A stretch of DNA of 64,000 nt from Octopus sinensis. Taxonomy: Eukaryota. Each line of letters begins with the position of its first letter. Position 1 is the stretch's first letter. Shown here one piece after another: positions 38,005 to 50,748 of the stretch. The stretch lies in the NCBI RefSeq assembly GCF_006345805.1, contig NC_043014.1, positions 26,350,001 to 26,414,000 on the forward strand. Reading direction: 5' to 3'. Made by a program: the position numbers and the translations under genes. Below the pieces are notes generated by a model. That model did no database searches. It was not told where the DNA came from and saw only the letters and a list, made by a program, of their open reading frames with translations.

Positions 38005-39013
38005 CTGCATAAATGAAAGGAATTAGTTAAAATGTTACAGCAAGTTATAGGCGTCGGCATGGCTCTGTTTTTAAGAAGCTGCTTTGCTATCGTTATTATA
38101 TGTACCAGACTTGAAAGAATACTAGGGTCGATTCGTTCGATTAAAATTCGTTCAAAATTGTGCCCCAGTATGGCCGTAGTCAAACGACTGAATCAAGTAA
38201 GTGATAAAAGACAAAAGGATTATTTGATCAATATTGTAATTATGGGTTCAATAACGAAAACTTAAATTGAATGTCAAAAATTTTGATGTTTCCATTTTCA
38301 AAAATGACCACATCCATATTGCTGTCATTAGTTGATCCCACGTCAGCTCTGTTGTACCGACATGTAATGAGAATTGTTTCAGCCGAGTCCATAACGACTT
38401 CTCCTTGATACAAGATATACAATGTTATGTGAGTATTTGATTTGGCACAGATTTGGCTTCTACCGACAGTAGAGGTGGTACTAACTAGTCACTCGTTTGC
38501 TTATCTTATATTCAACATATGATTAATGTAAAGAGGAACACAGGTAAAATAAAATACTAATACGATGAAAACAATTACCAGCAACATTTCGGAAGAACTA
38601 CATCCATGAGATTATACTTCTCTTCGTGGATAAGCATTCATTATGTTCTGATTCGTTATTGACTCATTCTAACAAAACGAGAAACACTGCTGCTTCCTAA
38701 TTCTCAGATTGTCTATCTAGCGATTCATATTACGTGATCAAAACAATGGACATACTCTCATAACATTCAAAGGATATTGACGATGTGGCTATCACATGCT
38801 GCACGCTTTCATGTGTTATGAACAAATGCTTGAATATGAAGAAATCATCTTAACAAAAATATAATTGGATCAATAGCCAAATAGTCAATAGTAAATTATG
38901 AGGCTTTGCAAAAGCCGTATTGTAAGCATTATACATACGACGTGGGCAAAAACAAGGCTATAAACATTTCCCATCAAAAGTTAACGAAAATCTTTTAACG
39001 ATTTGTTACTTAC

Positions 39014-39081
39014 AGTTGCCAAAGCCTTTTCAAAGATGCTTTCAAACATTTGTTCGATATCAGTAATAAAATGCCCGCTCT
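39014..39081 (-). CDS. Coding exon 5 (K-SGHFITDIEQMFESIFEKALAT)
   Basis: Acceptor catttacag, donor ACT|gtaagt, 68 nt, phase 1 in and 0 out. Confidence 0.8.
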
Positions 39082-39500
39082 CTGTAAATGACAATATATA
39101 TATACACATATATATGTATTAAAGTAAATAATTTTCAATGTGTAGATGTAATTATGTGCGTCTCTATTTTGTATGTGTGTGTGCGTGTGTGTAAAATGAC
39201 ATGCATATATTTACAAAATATGGAAAATAGTGCAGTCGATAAAATGGTTTCAACCTAGGCAAGTGCTGCTCGAACAATCCTATGGTCAGACATTTCCTCT
39301 GTAATCATCTCGTGTGTTTGTATACTAATTCTGTGCAATGTGTCAGTCTCCCTCACATCATTGCCTGTATCATTTGAGGAGATTGGTACAATGACTAGCT
39401 ACAACCTCCTACGAAAGATCTTTTTTCTAACAAAAGACAAATCCAGATAGCAAAAAAAAAATAATAAAATGAAAAATACAAACAAATCAAAATTCCTTAC

Positions 39501-39627
39501 TTTCCATGGCATCAATATCTGCCATCAATTCATGGATGAATTTCTTGGTAACTTCGGGGCCCTTTTCAATACCATCTGCAATCTTCTGGGCTGACACACG
39601 AAGGTTTTCATAAACCTTCTGGGCAAA
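39501..39627 (-). CDS. Coding exon 4 (FAQKVYENLRVSAQKIADGIEKGPEVTKKFIHELMADIDAME)
   Basis: Acceptor tttccgtag, donor A|gtaagg, 127 nt, phase 0 in and 1 out. Not in the ORF track. Confidence 0.82.
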
Positions 39628-40173
39628 CTACGGAAATAATATATGTGTATATTATCCAACAGAGGGAAAATCCTCAAAAAAGTACTCCAGGGAAGATAAA
39701 TATCAATTTAAATACAATACTGGAAGAACTGCAAATATTTTTATGTTATTGTGATACTTGAATAGGCATAGTTATAAAATACGCCATGTATCCCTCAGAC
39801 GCTGCTTATTGGTTAAATATATATATTTTTTTAAACAAGCACACTGGACAATAAGAAAATAAGAAAAAAAACGTGAAAAAAACCACGAAGAATTTGGTGA
39901 AAAAAATGGAACGGCGAAAAAGAAATGAAACAAGAAAACTAAGATCCTCGTCCTCCTTCATTGCCGAAATCTCATTAAATACAACTGGTTCAGAAAAAGA
40001 AAATTTCAGAAAACATGCACAAGTCTGTGAGAGAGTAATTCAATCCGGAGCGCGTGGTGTCCACCAATTCGCTAAAAGTTTTCTTGATAACGTTTCTCCT
40101 TTCTCGTTCCATTTTTTGCACACATTTTCTTCACTTTCTTCCACTTTTTTCTAACGTACTTTAATATACTTAC

Positions 40174-40273
40174 TTTGGTCTTGAGATCAGCGAGACTGTG
40201 AACATGAGAGATAACGGTGGTCACTTCTTCGCGGAGGGCTTCACCAAATTTGGCTGCTAGTTTCTGGATCAAA
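40174..40273 (-). CDS. Coding exon 3 (S-LIQKLAAKFGEALREEVTTVISHVHSLADLKTK)
   Basis: Acceptor tttatacag, donor AAA|gtaagt, 100 nt, phase 2 in and 0 out. Overlaps ORF-track 40072..40272. Confidence 0.82.
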
Positions 40274-40303
40274 CTGTATAAATGATATATGTCTGCATGT
40301 ATG

Positions 40304-40355
<52 letters not shown>

Positions 40356-40497
40356 TACCTTTAACAAGTAATTTTTACACGCTACAAGAAGCAGTCAAAC
40401 TGACTGGTAGTTTTCTCTTGTGCTTAAATTTACACTATTTGATATTGTGAATATGTTGTCTATTGACTATTTATACATGCTAGGCTACTGGTGGTGA

Positions 40498-40542
<45 letters not shown>

Positions 40543-40622
40543 GGCGGTGCATCAGCATGGTCACAGCTCCGTGCTGAAACTAGAGAGAAATATTATATAT
40601 ACACACATATATATTATATATG

Positions 40623-40663
<41 letters not shown>

Positions 40664-40669
40664 ATGTGT

Positions 40670-40891
40670 GTTTGTGTGTCTTTGAGTCAGCATTTCTTCC
40701 CACCATCACCTCTTGATAACCGGTGTTGGTGTGCTTATGTCCCCGTAACTTAGTGGTTTGACCAAATAGACCAGTAGAATAAGTACTAGGTCCCAAAAAA
40801 GTCCTGGGGTAAATTTGTTTAACTAAAACACTTCAAGGCAGTACTCCAGCACGGCAGCAGTCAAGTCCTAGTAAGAAGTAAAAGTATAAAA

Positions 40892-40895
<4 letters not shown>
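40670..40895 (+). mobile_element. SINE family A tail, diverged, intronic
   Basis: gataaccggtgttggtgtgcttatgtccccgtaacttag..gtactccagcacggc. Confidence 0.7.
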
Positions 40896-40928
<33 letters not shown>

Positions 40929-40934
40929 TAGATA

Positions 40935-41115
40935 GATCGTTAGCTACTGCACACATTTTTTTCTATCCTTGTTTTGTCTGTGTCCCTTCCTGTAGAAGAG
41001 CGTACGCTCAAAACGATAAAGGCTTTTTATGTTCCTGAGCGTTATACTAATACAACTGTTTGTTTTGTACACCACCTGTCTTCGTCTTTTGTTTTTTTTC
41101 GCAAACTCTCCCTAC
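40935..41115 (+). mobile_element. Third copy of the short pseudo-LTR-like hammerhead repeat, intronic and antisense to the gene
   Basis: CCTTC-CTGTAGA-A-GAGC-gtac-GCTC-AAAAC-GAT-AAAGG at 40985-41022; reverse complement of the 1748-1955 copy. Confidence 0.55.
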
Positions 41116-41187
41116 ATATATATATATATATATATATTAAATTAAAATTAAAGGAAAAAATTTAGTCAATAGACTATACATTATTCA

Positions 41188-41450
41188 GAGAAGAATACAG
41201 TGTGCATTCAAGCACATAACAGATACCCTAAAAATAGGATATCTAACTCACTAGAAAGAGCAGTTAAACTCCAAGCCACTAATTGTTGTAATTCCGAAAG
41301 TGATTGAAAAATAAATAAGGTAAAAGTTTTTCAGTCACTTTCGGAATTACAACAATTAGTGGCTTTGAGTCTAACTGCTCTTTCTAGTCAATCAGATATC
41401 CTATTTTTCGGGTATCTCTTATGTGTTTGAATGTACACTGTATTCTTCTC
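41188..41450. repeat. Intronic fold-back hairpin (~123-nt arms, ~15-nt loop)
   Basis: 41188-41311 and 41327-41450 are reverse complements with scattered mismatches. Confidence 0.9.
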
Positions 41451-41456
41451 GCTCTC

Positions 41457-41501
<45 letters not shown>

Positions 41502-42027
41502 ATATATATATTATATATATAATATATATATATATATTTACTCACAGGCAGACAAATTTATACATATATACACTATTTTATATGCATGTATGTAGATATG
41601 TATTATCTAAATATTAGAATTTCTTATTCTTAAATGATATGAGTAAAAGTACGGCTGATAGCCAGTGTTGGTTTGTTTATATCACTGTGTCTTAGCGTTT
41701 TGTCAAAAGAAACTGACAAAATAAGTAGCAAGCTTAAAAAGTACTTGGTACAATTTATTCGACTAGAACATATATATATCGTTCATTTCTGGTTTTACTT
41801 GTTTCTCGCACACACACATACATAAATGCATACATACATATATATGTATATCTGTAGTCATTGTCTATATACATACAAGCATAGGTATGTGATGTTTGTA
41901 AGTATGTATGTATGTATGTATGTATGTATGTATATATGTATGTATGTATGTATGTATGTTTATACATACGTCTGTATAAGTAAAAAGAAGATCGCTTTAG
42001 TATTTCCCTCCATTTCTATGACCTCAC

Positions 42028-42139
42028 CTCAATTCAGATGGTGTAATATCAATACCGTCAGTGGTCAGAGCACTCTGGATTTCTGTCACGGCAAGTTGCT
42101 CCAGTTCCTGTGTAGCTTCTTTGATAAGGAGATCGAATG
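42028..42139 (-). CDS. Coding exon 2 (A-FDLLIKEATQELEQLAVTEIQSALTTDGIDITPSEL)
   Basis: Acceptor catttcag, donor AG|gtgagg, 112 nt, phase 1 in and phase 2 out, open frame. Confidence 0.8.
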
Positions 42140-42581
42140 CTGAAATGTACGCAGAAAGTTAGATCCAATGAAAGCACATACGAATAAAAACATTCACTCA
42201 TAGCCAATGCATAAATCACAGCTCATCACACTGCTGTGCATTTAAGCTCAGATGGCCGTGAGTACAAATTGTTTGGAATTCTACAAGTCTGTATCAGCCG
42301 AAAAATCGAAAGAAATTTCTTCAATTATAAATAGTTTAGATGTAAATAGTTGAAGCTAAAATTACTGCGAAATATTTTCATTATACGCACAAGATACGCG
42401 TGCACACGTACGCACACATACATGCACAGGCACACACAAACACACAGAGATACACACACACACACACACACAGTCACACATTCACACATACCACATGCAT
42501 CGACACGTCAGACGTACATACACATACATACAGGTATACTTAAACTACACATCCATTACTAGATGATCGTTGAAGACTTAC

Positions 42582-42657
42582 CTTCTTTCTCAACCATAGA
42601 TGTGATTGAGAAAGCCTGGCAGGCAGCGACGAACAGGATGGCAAGGTAGAACTTCAT
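42582..42657 (-). CDS. Coding exon 1 of secreted amphipathic helical protein (signal peptide MKFYLAILFVAACQA/FSITSMVEKE)
   Basis: Acceptor ttttttttcag at 42665-42666, ATG at 42657, donor GAAG|gtaagt, phase 1. Basic N-terminus, hydrophobic core, small residues at -3/-1. Confidence 0.85.
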
Positions 42658-42833
42658 CTTGACACTGAAAAAAAACAATATGAGAAATATATGTATAAAT
42701 ATATCTGCCAAATCTAGCAATGAACGCACAATAGCCAACTTAGTTGACCCTTCGTTCATCACAGCACTCGTCTGGGAATGAAGGAATATGCAACAATTGC
42801 ACAAAAGCAACCAGCAAATGCTGGTAACATTAC

Positions 42834-42925
42834 GAAGCAGTCAGCAAGATCGCAAACACCCAGTTCAAAGATAGCGACTAGCCATAAACTTAGTATTTAA
42901 ATTCTAAGCTGGGATGCTTTATAAG
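42834..42925 (-). promoter_or_regulatory. Possible TATA element and short non-coding first exon
   Basis: TATAAA at 42918-42923 and TTTAAATA at 42894-42901 (minus), followed by a donor-like C|gtaatg at 42833. The coding exon 1 acceptor requires an upstream exon, but this placement is a guess. Confidence 0.22.
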
Positions 42926-43621
42926 AAGATAAAACTGATCGTAGAATCTGATGAGAAATTGAATTTATCACATGTAAAACGACAAAGTAGACTGGGCATG
43001 ATTTCAACCGAGGATGCAAACGGAAGTACTGCACTTGGACAGATTTCATCATCGCAATACAAATCTGTAGAAGAGAAACAAAGTCCAATTACTTTAGTTC
43101 CACCAGTTTACTGAATAGCAGTGCATTGCAAAACGTATCGGTGAATACGAAGGGCCATATACATATATATACAAGGATAGTGACCCAGCATTATCGCAGA
43201 TTTTCGTTAACTTTTGATGAGAAATGTTTATAGCCTTGTGTTTGCCCACGTCGTATGTGTAATACGGCTTTTGCAAATCCTCATAATTTACTATTGACTA
43301 TTTGGCTATTGATCGAATTATATTTTTGTTAAGATGATTTGTTCGTACTATACATATGTGTGTAGACGCGTGTGTGTTACATGAAGAATAAAGTGCCAGT
43401 GCATGATGGTGGATTAGGCGATATACTAGTGTTGGACGAAATGCCTTATAACTGAATTTGCCTTCGACTGTTCTTAGTTTTCCCAATGGACGACAACGCA
43501 GTGTGGAAAGGGAGTGGACTGCTGCCTTGGTAAATAGAGGTCTTTCATAAGAATAATGGATTTCCTCACAGAGGTTTGTATCACGGAAAGAAATTATTCC
43601 AGATCCAAATAACTTATATAT

Positions 43622-43655
<34 letters not shown>

Positions 43656-44212
43656 TGTATGTATGTATGTATGTATGTATGTATGTATGTGTGTATGTAT
43701 ATATGCATGTATGCATGTATGTATGTATTATGTATGTATGTATGTATGTATGTATGTATGTATGTATGTATGTATGTATGTATGTATGAAAGTAAGCATA
43801 TATGCGGCAGCGTATTCAAAACAGTTCTTACCTGAGAGTAAGTGAATTTGATGGGACTGATTTGTCTGCCGGCGATATTTATACTCTTCCAATCACGTGT
43901 ATATGTAATTCATTGTATGTGATTCAAGCTGTGTCTATCAACTTCGACGAAAACATGCGTACTCACAAAGGCGCATACATACGAATAGTAAGGGACATAC
44001 ACCCTCTCACACATATATTTTATCTGTAAATATCGGTGCATATGTACGTATATACATAGATACGTGTTTACACACAGACATACACACACATATACACTTA
44101 CATACATGTATACATATATATATCTATATATATACATACATACATACTTGTATATATGTATGTGTGTATGAGTGTGTTTATATATATATATGTATATGTA
44201 TGTTCGTGTAAG

Positions 44213-44255
<43 letters not shown>

Positions 44256-45079
44256 GTTAGCGTGGGAGTATCCGCGCATGTGTAGAAAGATTACCTACAC
44301 ATAAGGTACCTTCCCACGATTCTTTATCTTCACTGATTAGACACATTCCTCACGACATGGCGCCTCTGTTTTAACCCTATCCTTCTTTCATTCGATAGTC
44401 TTCAGTCTTAAAAGAAGGAATTTCAAGATGATCCAGTCGCTTGAGGCCAGTTTCTATACTTAAAAATCATCTATATCACTGAGATTGCTTTCACCGAAAT
44501 GTCATTCTTTATACTCATTGTATGCAATGTGCAAATACTTAACTATTAGTTAATAATCTCGTTGTTTATATATTGTCACTGGTATCCTTCTATGCCCTTA
44601 GGACATCGCTCAGTCTACCACGATATAAACAGGTGCCATAAAGAACTTGAACACATTTTTGTTGTTAGTTCAGCTAAATATTGTTTTCAATAGATCATTA
44701 TATCATTCAAGTGTCTCGTGGGATGCTGTTGTGTTATAAAGCTTCTTTCAATCTCTAATAGCTATATACGTGTTATTATAAGATCGTGCCTTTGAACTTT
44801 GTCTTTGAATTTATTTCTTTTCCCGTTACGAAGCCTGATTAACTTAATTTGGAAGCTTCAAAAATATAAAAAAGAAGAAAAAGAAACCGAAACTGGTTCA
44901 GTCATCTCCATGTCTTATATATTTGTGTGAGACTGGTCCTATGTAAATATTAATATATGTGAACGATTGAAACCACATGATGTTGTTCCGATTTTTAACC
45001 TCTTCAGGTCATTTACATGGCTAATGATCTTCAGAAGATCTTAAAGGCCCATAGTTCTCATTGCTTATTATCTAGAAGC

Positions 45080-45660
45080 CTTAAGCACGTCGTAGAGAAA
45101 ACAAAAAGAAAAGAAACTAATTTAGAGACGATATGATAATGTCTCGACCAAACATATTGTTTTGAACCTACTAGGGAACATGTCATGAGTTAACATTGTC
45201 TGTCCCTACATGTTCAACCATATAATGAAGAATCACTAAAAACAGTCATCATGGCTTCCTTTGCAGCTCACTTGCTCTTGAACTTCTTAGGCCTTGGGGT
45301 AGATGTCTGACCACATTCCATAAACTGAGACTTAGGAATCGGTTGTGTTTCAATCCCTCAGACGAGATCGGAAAAATATGTTTTCATTGGAGTCAAGAGC
45401 TTCCATTGAATCAAAATAGATTTCCATCTTTCTATGTATTATTTCAACTATCAACCACTGAATTAACGACTTTGTACACTGTTTAGGATACCCAAAGTCT
45501 TCCTCCATCTACTGTAATGCATCATAATCACAGTCTTGTCCTGCAGCGAGCTTATGCATTATGCCACTTCTGGCTGCACAAATCAGTTCATCCATTTATA
45601 TATCTGATACTCTACCTCTAATTTCTCCTTTGTTCGTCTAACAACACTTTCTCCCCTCAA
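45080..45660 (-). mobile_element. Mariner remnant
   Basis: Minus TSTPRPKKFKSK*AAKEAMMTVFSDSS resembles the conserved mariner SPRPKK...KVMxTVFWD segment. Confidence 0.6.
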
Positions 45661-45774
45661 TAAACTAGATTGTGCATGAAGTATTGGGGAAAGAATCATA
45701 TTGAAAAACTTTGTGTTGTTTCGAATATATATGACAGCATAATCATTTCGTCTGCATTCCTTTTCCGTTAGTCG

Positions 45775-45829
<55 letters not shown>

Positions 45830-45830
45830 T

Positions 45831-45883
<53 letters not shown>

Positions 45884-45906
45884 TATATATATATGTATAT
45901 ATTTAT

Positions 45907-45941
<35 letters not shown>

Positions 45942-46042
45942 ATATATATATGTATATATATTATATATACATACATACATACATATATATATCGATAGAT
46001 AGATAGAAAATAGATACATACATACACACACTCACACACACA

Positions 46043-46076
<34 letters not shown>

Positions 46077-46079
<3 letters not shown>

Positions 46080-46359
46080 GCTCGACAAGGCTATCAGATG
46101 TTGCTACACATCTCTAGTCACAATGCGCTTCGGATTTTTTTAGCCTTCAAATGACGCCACCCTGCTGGCTAAGCGAGCAGGCCAACACAAGAAAAAATGA
46201 GATAAATTTGTGGCGAAAGAGTACAGCAGGGATCGCCACCACCACCCTGCGGGAGCCTCAATAAACACTCAATAAACACTCAAAACGCCTGCTCCGGGAA
46301 TCGAAACCACGATCCTACGACCGTGTGACCGCTGCCCTAATCACTGGGCCATTGCGCCT

Positions 46360-46362
<3 letters not shown>
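46077..46362 (-). mobile_element. SINE family B
   Basis: Reverse complement of the 3278-type head and body. Confidence 0.8.
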
Positions 46363-46443
<81 letters not shown>

Positions 46444-46998
46444 CCAACATTTTACAGATTGATAGATCTGTGAAATGACAATTTTATTCCCGTTCATTAT
46501 ATGAACTAATATAAAACGTTCAGTGGAATTCTCAGGTACGAAATTAACTATCGGGCATATTTTAAATCCCATTCGTGATATGAATTACTACAGATTTAGA
46601 AAAAAAATTATCTACCAGATATGTTTAACAGCGTTCATGTTATAGGTTCATCGGATCTCCTACCAGTCTCTTATAATGGCTATTGTTTTTAGACATTGCG
46701 CACTATAATCAAATACTTTCGTTGAATAAATATAAGACATGCTACATTTGGTGCAATTCACGTAAGTACATTTTCGCTTTCAGCTCACTAATTTTTTCAA
46801 CAACACCCAAACAATATGAAAGGGTACTGGAAACAACATAATTTAGCTGACACCGAATTAAACTTATTCTTTGGAGGAATGTTTTAACTGTCAGCTATGT
46901 AGAAAGTAGCATTGGACATATTCGGACAAAATTTATATTTGTAGAAATATATAAAGAATAAAAATATTTATAAATTGTATAACTGTCATGATGTGTAT

Positions 46999-47038
<40 letters not shown>

Positions 47039-47379
47039 AAGGAGGAGGAGGAGGAGGTGGAGGAGAGAGAAAACGAAGATGAAATAGTGTAAAATATCAT
47101 AAAACCTCTATCAGTCTTATAGTGATTGAAAGAGCCATTTCACACTGAATTAAAATTAGTTTTCTGAGTTAAATCTGTAGTTGAAATCTTTAGTACTAAA
47201 AGAAGCCTGAGAATTCATTTTAACAATAAAAGATATTTTGAAATTAGAATTTTTAAGAATTTTTTAGGAAGCGTAGACTTTAATAATTGCTTTCCTTTCG
47301 TAAAAGTTGCATACTCATAATTAATATGCAACTTCCGATGTTTACAGCAGGGCTTGGAAGAAAGGTGTGTAGCGCGTGA

Positions 47380-47960
47380 TCGTCGCATTGACCATGAAAG
47401 AGAAAGTTGAATGGAGTATCTGCATCAGATTTTGTCAAAAGCTTGACCATACCTGCTCAGAGGCCAACGCAAAGTTTTCAAAAATGTTTCATCGTTCTCG
47501 ACACAATCAAAGAGTTCTTGTGTAACTAAAACGCGAGTGTCTATTTGGTCATCTGAAAGCAGTTTTGGCGTCTCATACCCAAATCTTCAGTGATTATAGA
47601 CTGAAGTGAACCGTAACTAATCTTTACACCTTTTGATAACTCACGGATGGTGATTCGACAATTTCTCCTCACCGATGCATGCATATTTGCAATGTTTATC
47701 TCAGTTCTGCTGGTTGCGAGTCTCCCAGAACATTCGTCAATATCGACATTTTTCGGTTATCTTGGAAACGTCTGTACCACTCGTACGGCTCATGTGCTCC
47801 TCTCCATACACTTTCTGCAACTTTGCGTAGGCCTCTGAGCACGTGTCACCGTGACAACGGTTTCTCCCATGGTCAATACGACGATTACACGCTATATAAC
47901 TTTCTTCCAAGCAGTGTTGTAAACAGCAGAAGTAAGTCAGAACGTTAAATCATAATGCGC
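47380..47960 (+). mobile_element. Mariner-like remnant
   Basis: MKEKVEWSICIRFCQKL resembles a mariner N-terminus (EQRxCIKFCxKL). Confidence 0.55.
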
Positions 47961-48269
47961 ATACATAATCGTGATCTACATAGGTTCTAAATTCTTTTTG
48001 CCGTATATATGTATATAAATATATATATATAAGGAGGAAAGAAAATAGATGTAAGATATGTAGGGATATTGAAGTTTTTTTAAGCAGAATGATATATATG
48101 TAAGATTCCAATACTTTATGAGTAAAATCCAACAGAATTTAAAATGGGTCCTTCCAAATATAGAGCTTATATACAATGTAAGATTCCAATACCTTATGAA
48201 TGAGATCCAGCAGTGTTCAAACTTGGGCATTCCAAGTATAGAAGTACACAATTTATACACAGTGTTGTA

Positions 48270-48578
48270 GAGTCAAAGGTTTTATTTAAACTAATTATTA
48301 CATAACCATCCTCTCACACCGTCTCTGATGAAGAGATATAATTAATATTGATAGAAGCTGTAAGACCTTCTAGCTATAAACGTTCTAATATCTACACAGC
48401 CTTGGTTTTTTTTATCTCATTACGCAAAAAATTCTTATATACACGCATTAACATGACCAACGTTGAACCCCTTATTCGCAAAATTACCGAACCTGGAACT
48501 TAACTATGGTCTGTCTATAGCACTTATTCAGCTTTACCTGACACCTTTGGGTCTCAATGACACTATTACCACTTATAA

Positions 48579-48580
<2 letters not shown>
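48270..48580 (+). mobile_element. PLE pseudo-LTR fragment with a decayed hammerhead
   Basis: GTCT-CTGATGA...GAA-GCTGTA-AGAC at 48321-48366. Confidence 0.45.
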
Positions 48581-48629
<49 letters not shown>

Positions 48630-48633
48630 TATA

Positions 48634-48689
<56 letters not shown>

Positions 48690-48939
48690 GTATGCATGCA
48701 TGCATGCATGCATGCATGCATATGTGAATATAAATATACACATACATATATATACACATACATATATCTATGTATGTATGTTTGTCTGTTTGTTTGTTTG
48801 TATTATATTTAGATTAATGAGTGTATGTTGATTAGTGCGCTGAAGTGTTGAGTAGATCACTGGCACAGTTTGCCCTACCTAGTGTCATCCGCATTCGTTG
48901 GATCTACTTCAGAAACTCCGCAGTGTTAGTTGAAATAAT

Positions 48940-49125
48940 AATTATTTCAAATTTTTGCCACAAGGGATTACATCGACCCCAGTGTTCAGCTGGGTCTTAT
49001 TTTATTGACTCAAAGGATAAAAAGCAAAATCGACCTCGACGGAATTTGAACTCAGAATGTAGCGACGGGCGAAATAACGCTAAGCATTTCATCCAGCGTG
49101 CTCAATTCTGGCAGTTCACCATCTT
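48940..49125 (-). mobile_element. SINE family C
   Basis: Reverse complement of the 24978 type. Confidence 0.7.
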
Positions 49126-49686
49126 TATTTTTATATCAAATAATGAACATTTATCTGTACCATAACATAAAATATTTTAGTACATCAAGTGTCCCATTTA
49201 GCATAAATAAATAGTTATTCACACTTGACAATTCAATAGTACCAACGGATTAACGTATATATATGTTAATCGATCTGTAACCCAAGACGATCGTGGGTGT
49301 AACACACACATACACATACATACACCACACATCCTCCCTCCATCCATCCATCCATACATACATACATACATACATACATACAACATACACACATATAAAT
49401 AATATATATATATATAATTATATTATATATATAGAGAGAGAGAGAGAGAGCGAGAAGAGAGAGATGAGTGGTATTTTTACTTTGTTCAATTAACACGGAA
49501 AAATAAATAAAAATAAATAAGTGGAATTTTTGAAACGTGTCGAAAGTAAAAATATTTGATTTACACAACACACCTGCGTATAAACTCCATTTATTTATTC
49601 ATATATATAATAAGGATAGGTATATATATATATAATATATATATATATATAGATATGTATATATATATATATATAGATATATTATC

Positions 49687-49727
<41 letters not shown>

Positions 49728-49744
49728 TATACATATATATACGC

Positions 49745-50349
49745 ATGTGTGTGTATGAATGTATACAAAGGGAGAAGAGAGCGGGAGGGAGAGACAGAGA
49801 GACTATAATGATGAAAGCCGTCTCGTAATTCGTTTCGACTACCTAACTTTTATTAAAAGAATGTAATTATTAAAGTCGAAACGTCTAGAAAGTTCTATAT
49901 ATTTCAAATTCCAATACATTTCTGAATATGTGGTTTCCACGTTGAAAACTCGACCTTCTTCAGTCACCAAAAACAAATTTTATATTCACTGCGACTCTAA
50001 TTCTTTTTACATTTCGGGATAGTGGTTTTAAAGTTTTCTGTTTATATTCGGTTTCACTAAGAAATTGTCCACCACCCGAGTTTGTTTCCTCATAGCTTTT
50101 AAAAAATTAATATTTTTAATGAAATTTTCTTCAAATACGAATCACATAGTTTAGATTCGGTTGTAGAGGAATTCAAAACGGAATTTTATTCGGGCTGAAG
50201 AGTGAAAAGTTTGGATAATTCCTAGATCTCGATTTTGTTTCCTCCTCATAACTTTTTATAAAAATGGGTATATTTAATCGAAACATTCTACAAGTCTCTT
50301 TCACACATCAATTTTTGATATAATTACAATCTACTTAGATACGATTATA
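49745..50349 (-). repeat. Left inverted arm (~600 nt) bracketing duplication copy 2
   Basis: Reverse complement of 52785-53352. Confidence 0.9.
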
Positions 50350-50466
50350 ACTAGATTGTGCATGAAGTATTGGGGAAAGAATCTATTGAAAAACTTGTGT
50401 TTGTTTCGAATATATATGACGCATATCATGTTCGTCTGCATTCCTTTTCCGTTAGTCGATATATAT

Positions 50467-50499
<33 letters not shown>

Positions 50500-50500
50500 C

Positions 50501-50568
<68 letters not shown>

Positions 50569-50590
50569 TGTATATATTTATATATATATA

Positions 50591-50628
<38 letters not shown>

Positions 50629-50707
50629 AATAATATTTATATATACATACATACATACATATATATATCGATAGATAGATAGAAAATAGATACATACAAC
50701 ACACACT

Positions 50708-50746
<39 letters not shown>

Positions 50747-50748
50747 AT

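Larger units (their letters stand above)
45663..47984 (+). repeat. Segmental duplication copy 1 (~2.3 kb)
   Basis: Collinear with 50349-52803, including SINE B, microsatellites and a mariner piece. Confidence 0.92.

Noticed and set aside
38240-38422. 60-aa minus-strand ORF in the intron between coding exons 5 and 6
   Set aside because: Not needed for frame, no convincing donor, and composition unlike the neighbouring helical exons.
39340-39426. Candidate extra exon after ttgttag (KKRSFVGGCS*)
   Set aside because: Hits a stop with no good donor; the exon at 39014-39081 fits the phase with a consensus donor.
40274-42056. Alternative junction using donor G|gtattg (42056) and acceptor atgcag (40293)
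   Set aside because: Also in frame, but both sites are weaker than AG|gtgagg and tttatacag, and the acceptor lies in a microsatellite. Cannot be fully excluded without RNA-seq.
44400-44900. Possible very old PLE endonuclease remnant
   Set aside because: Only a faint NLVVY-like similarity; cannot be supported by eye.
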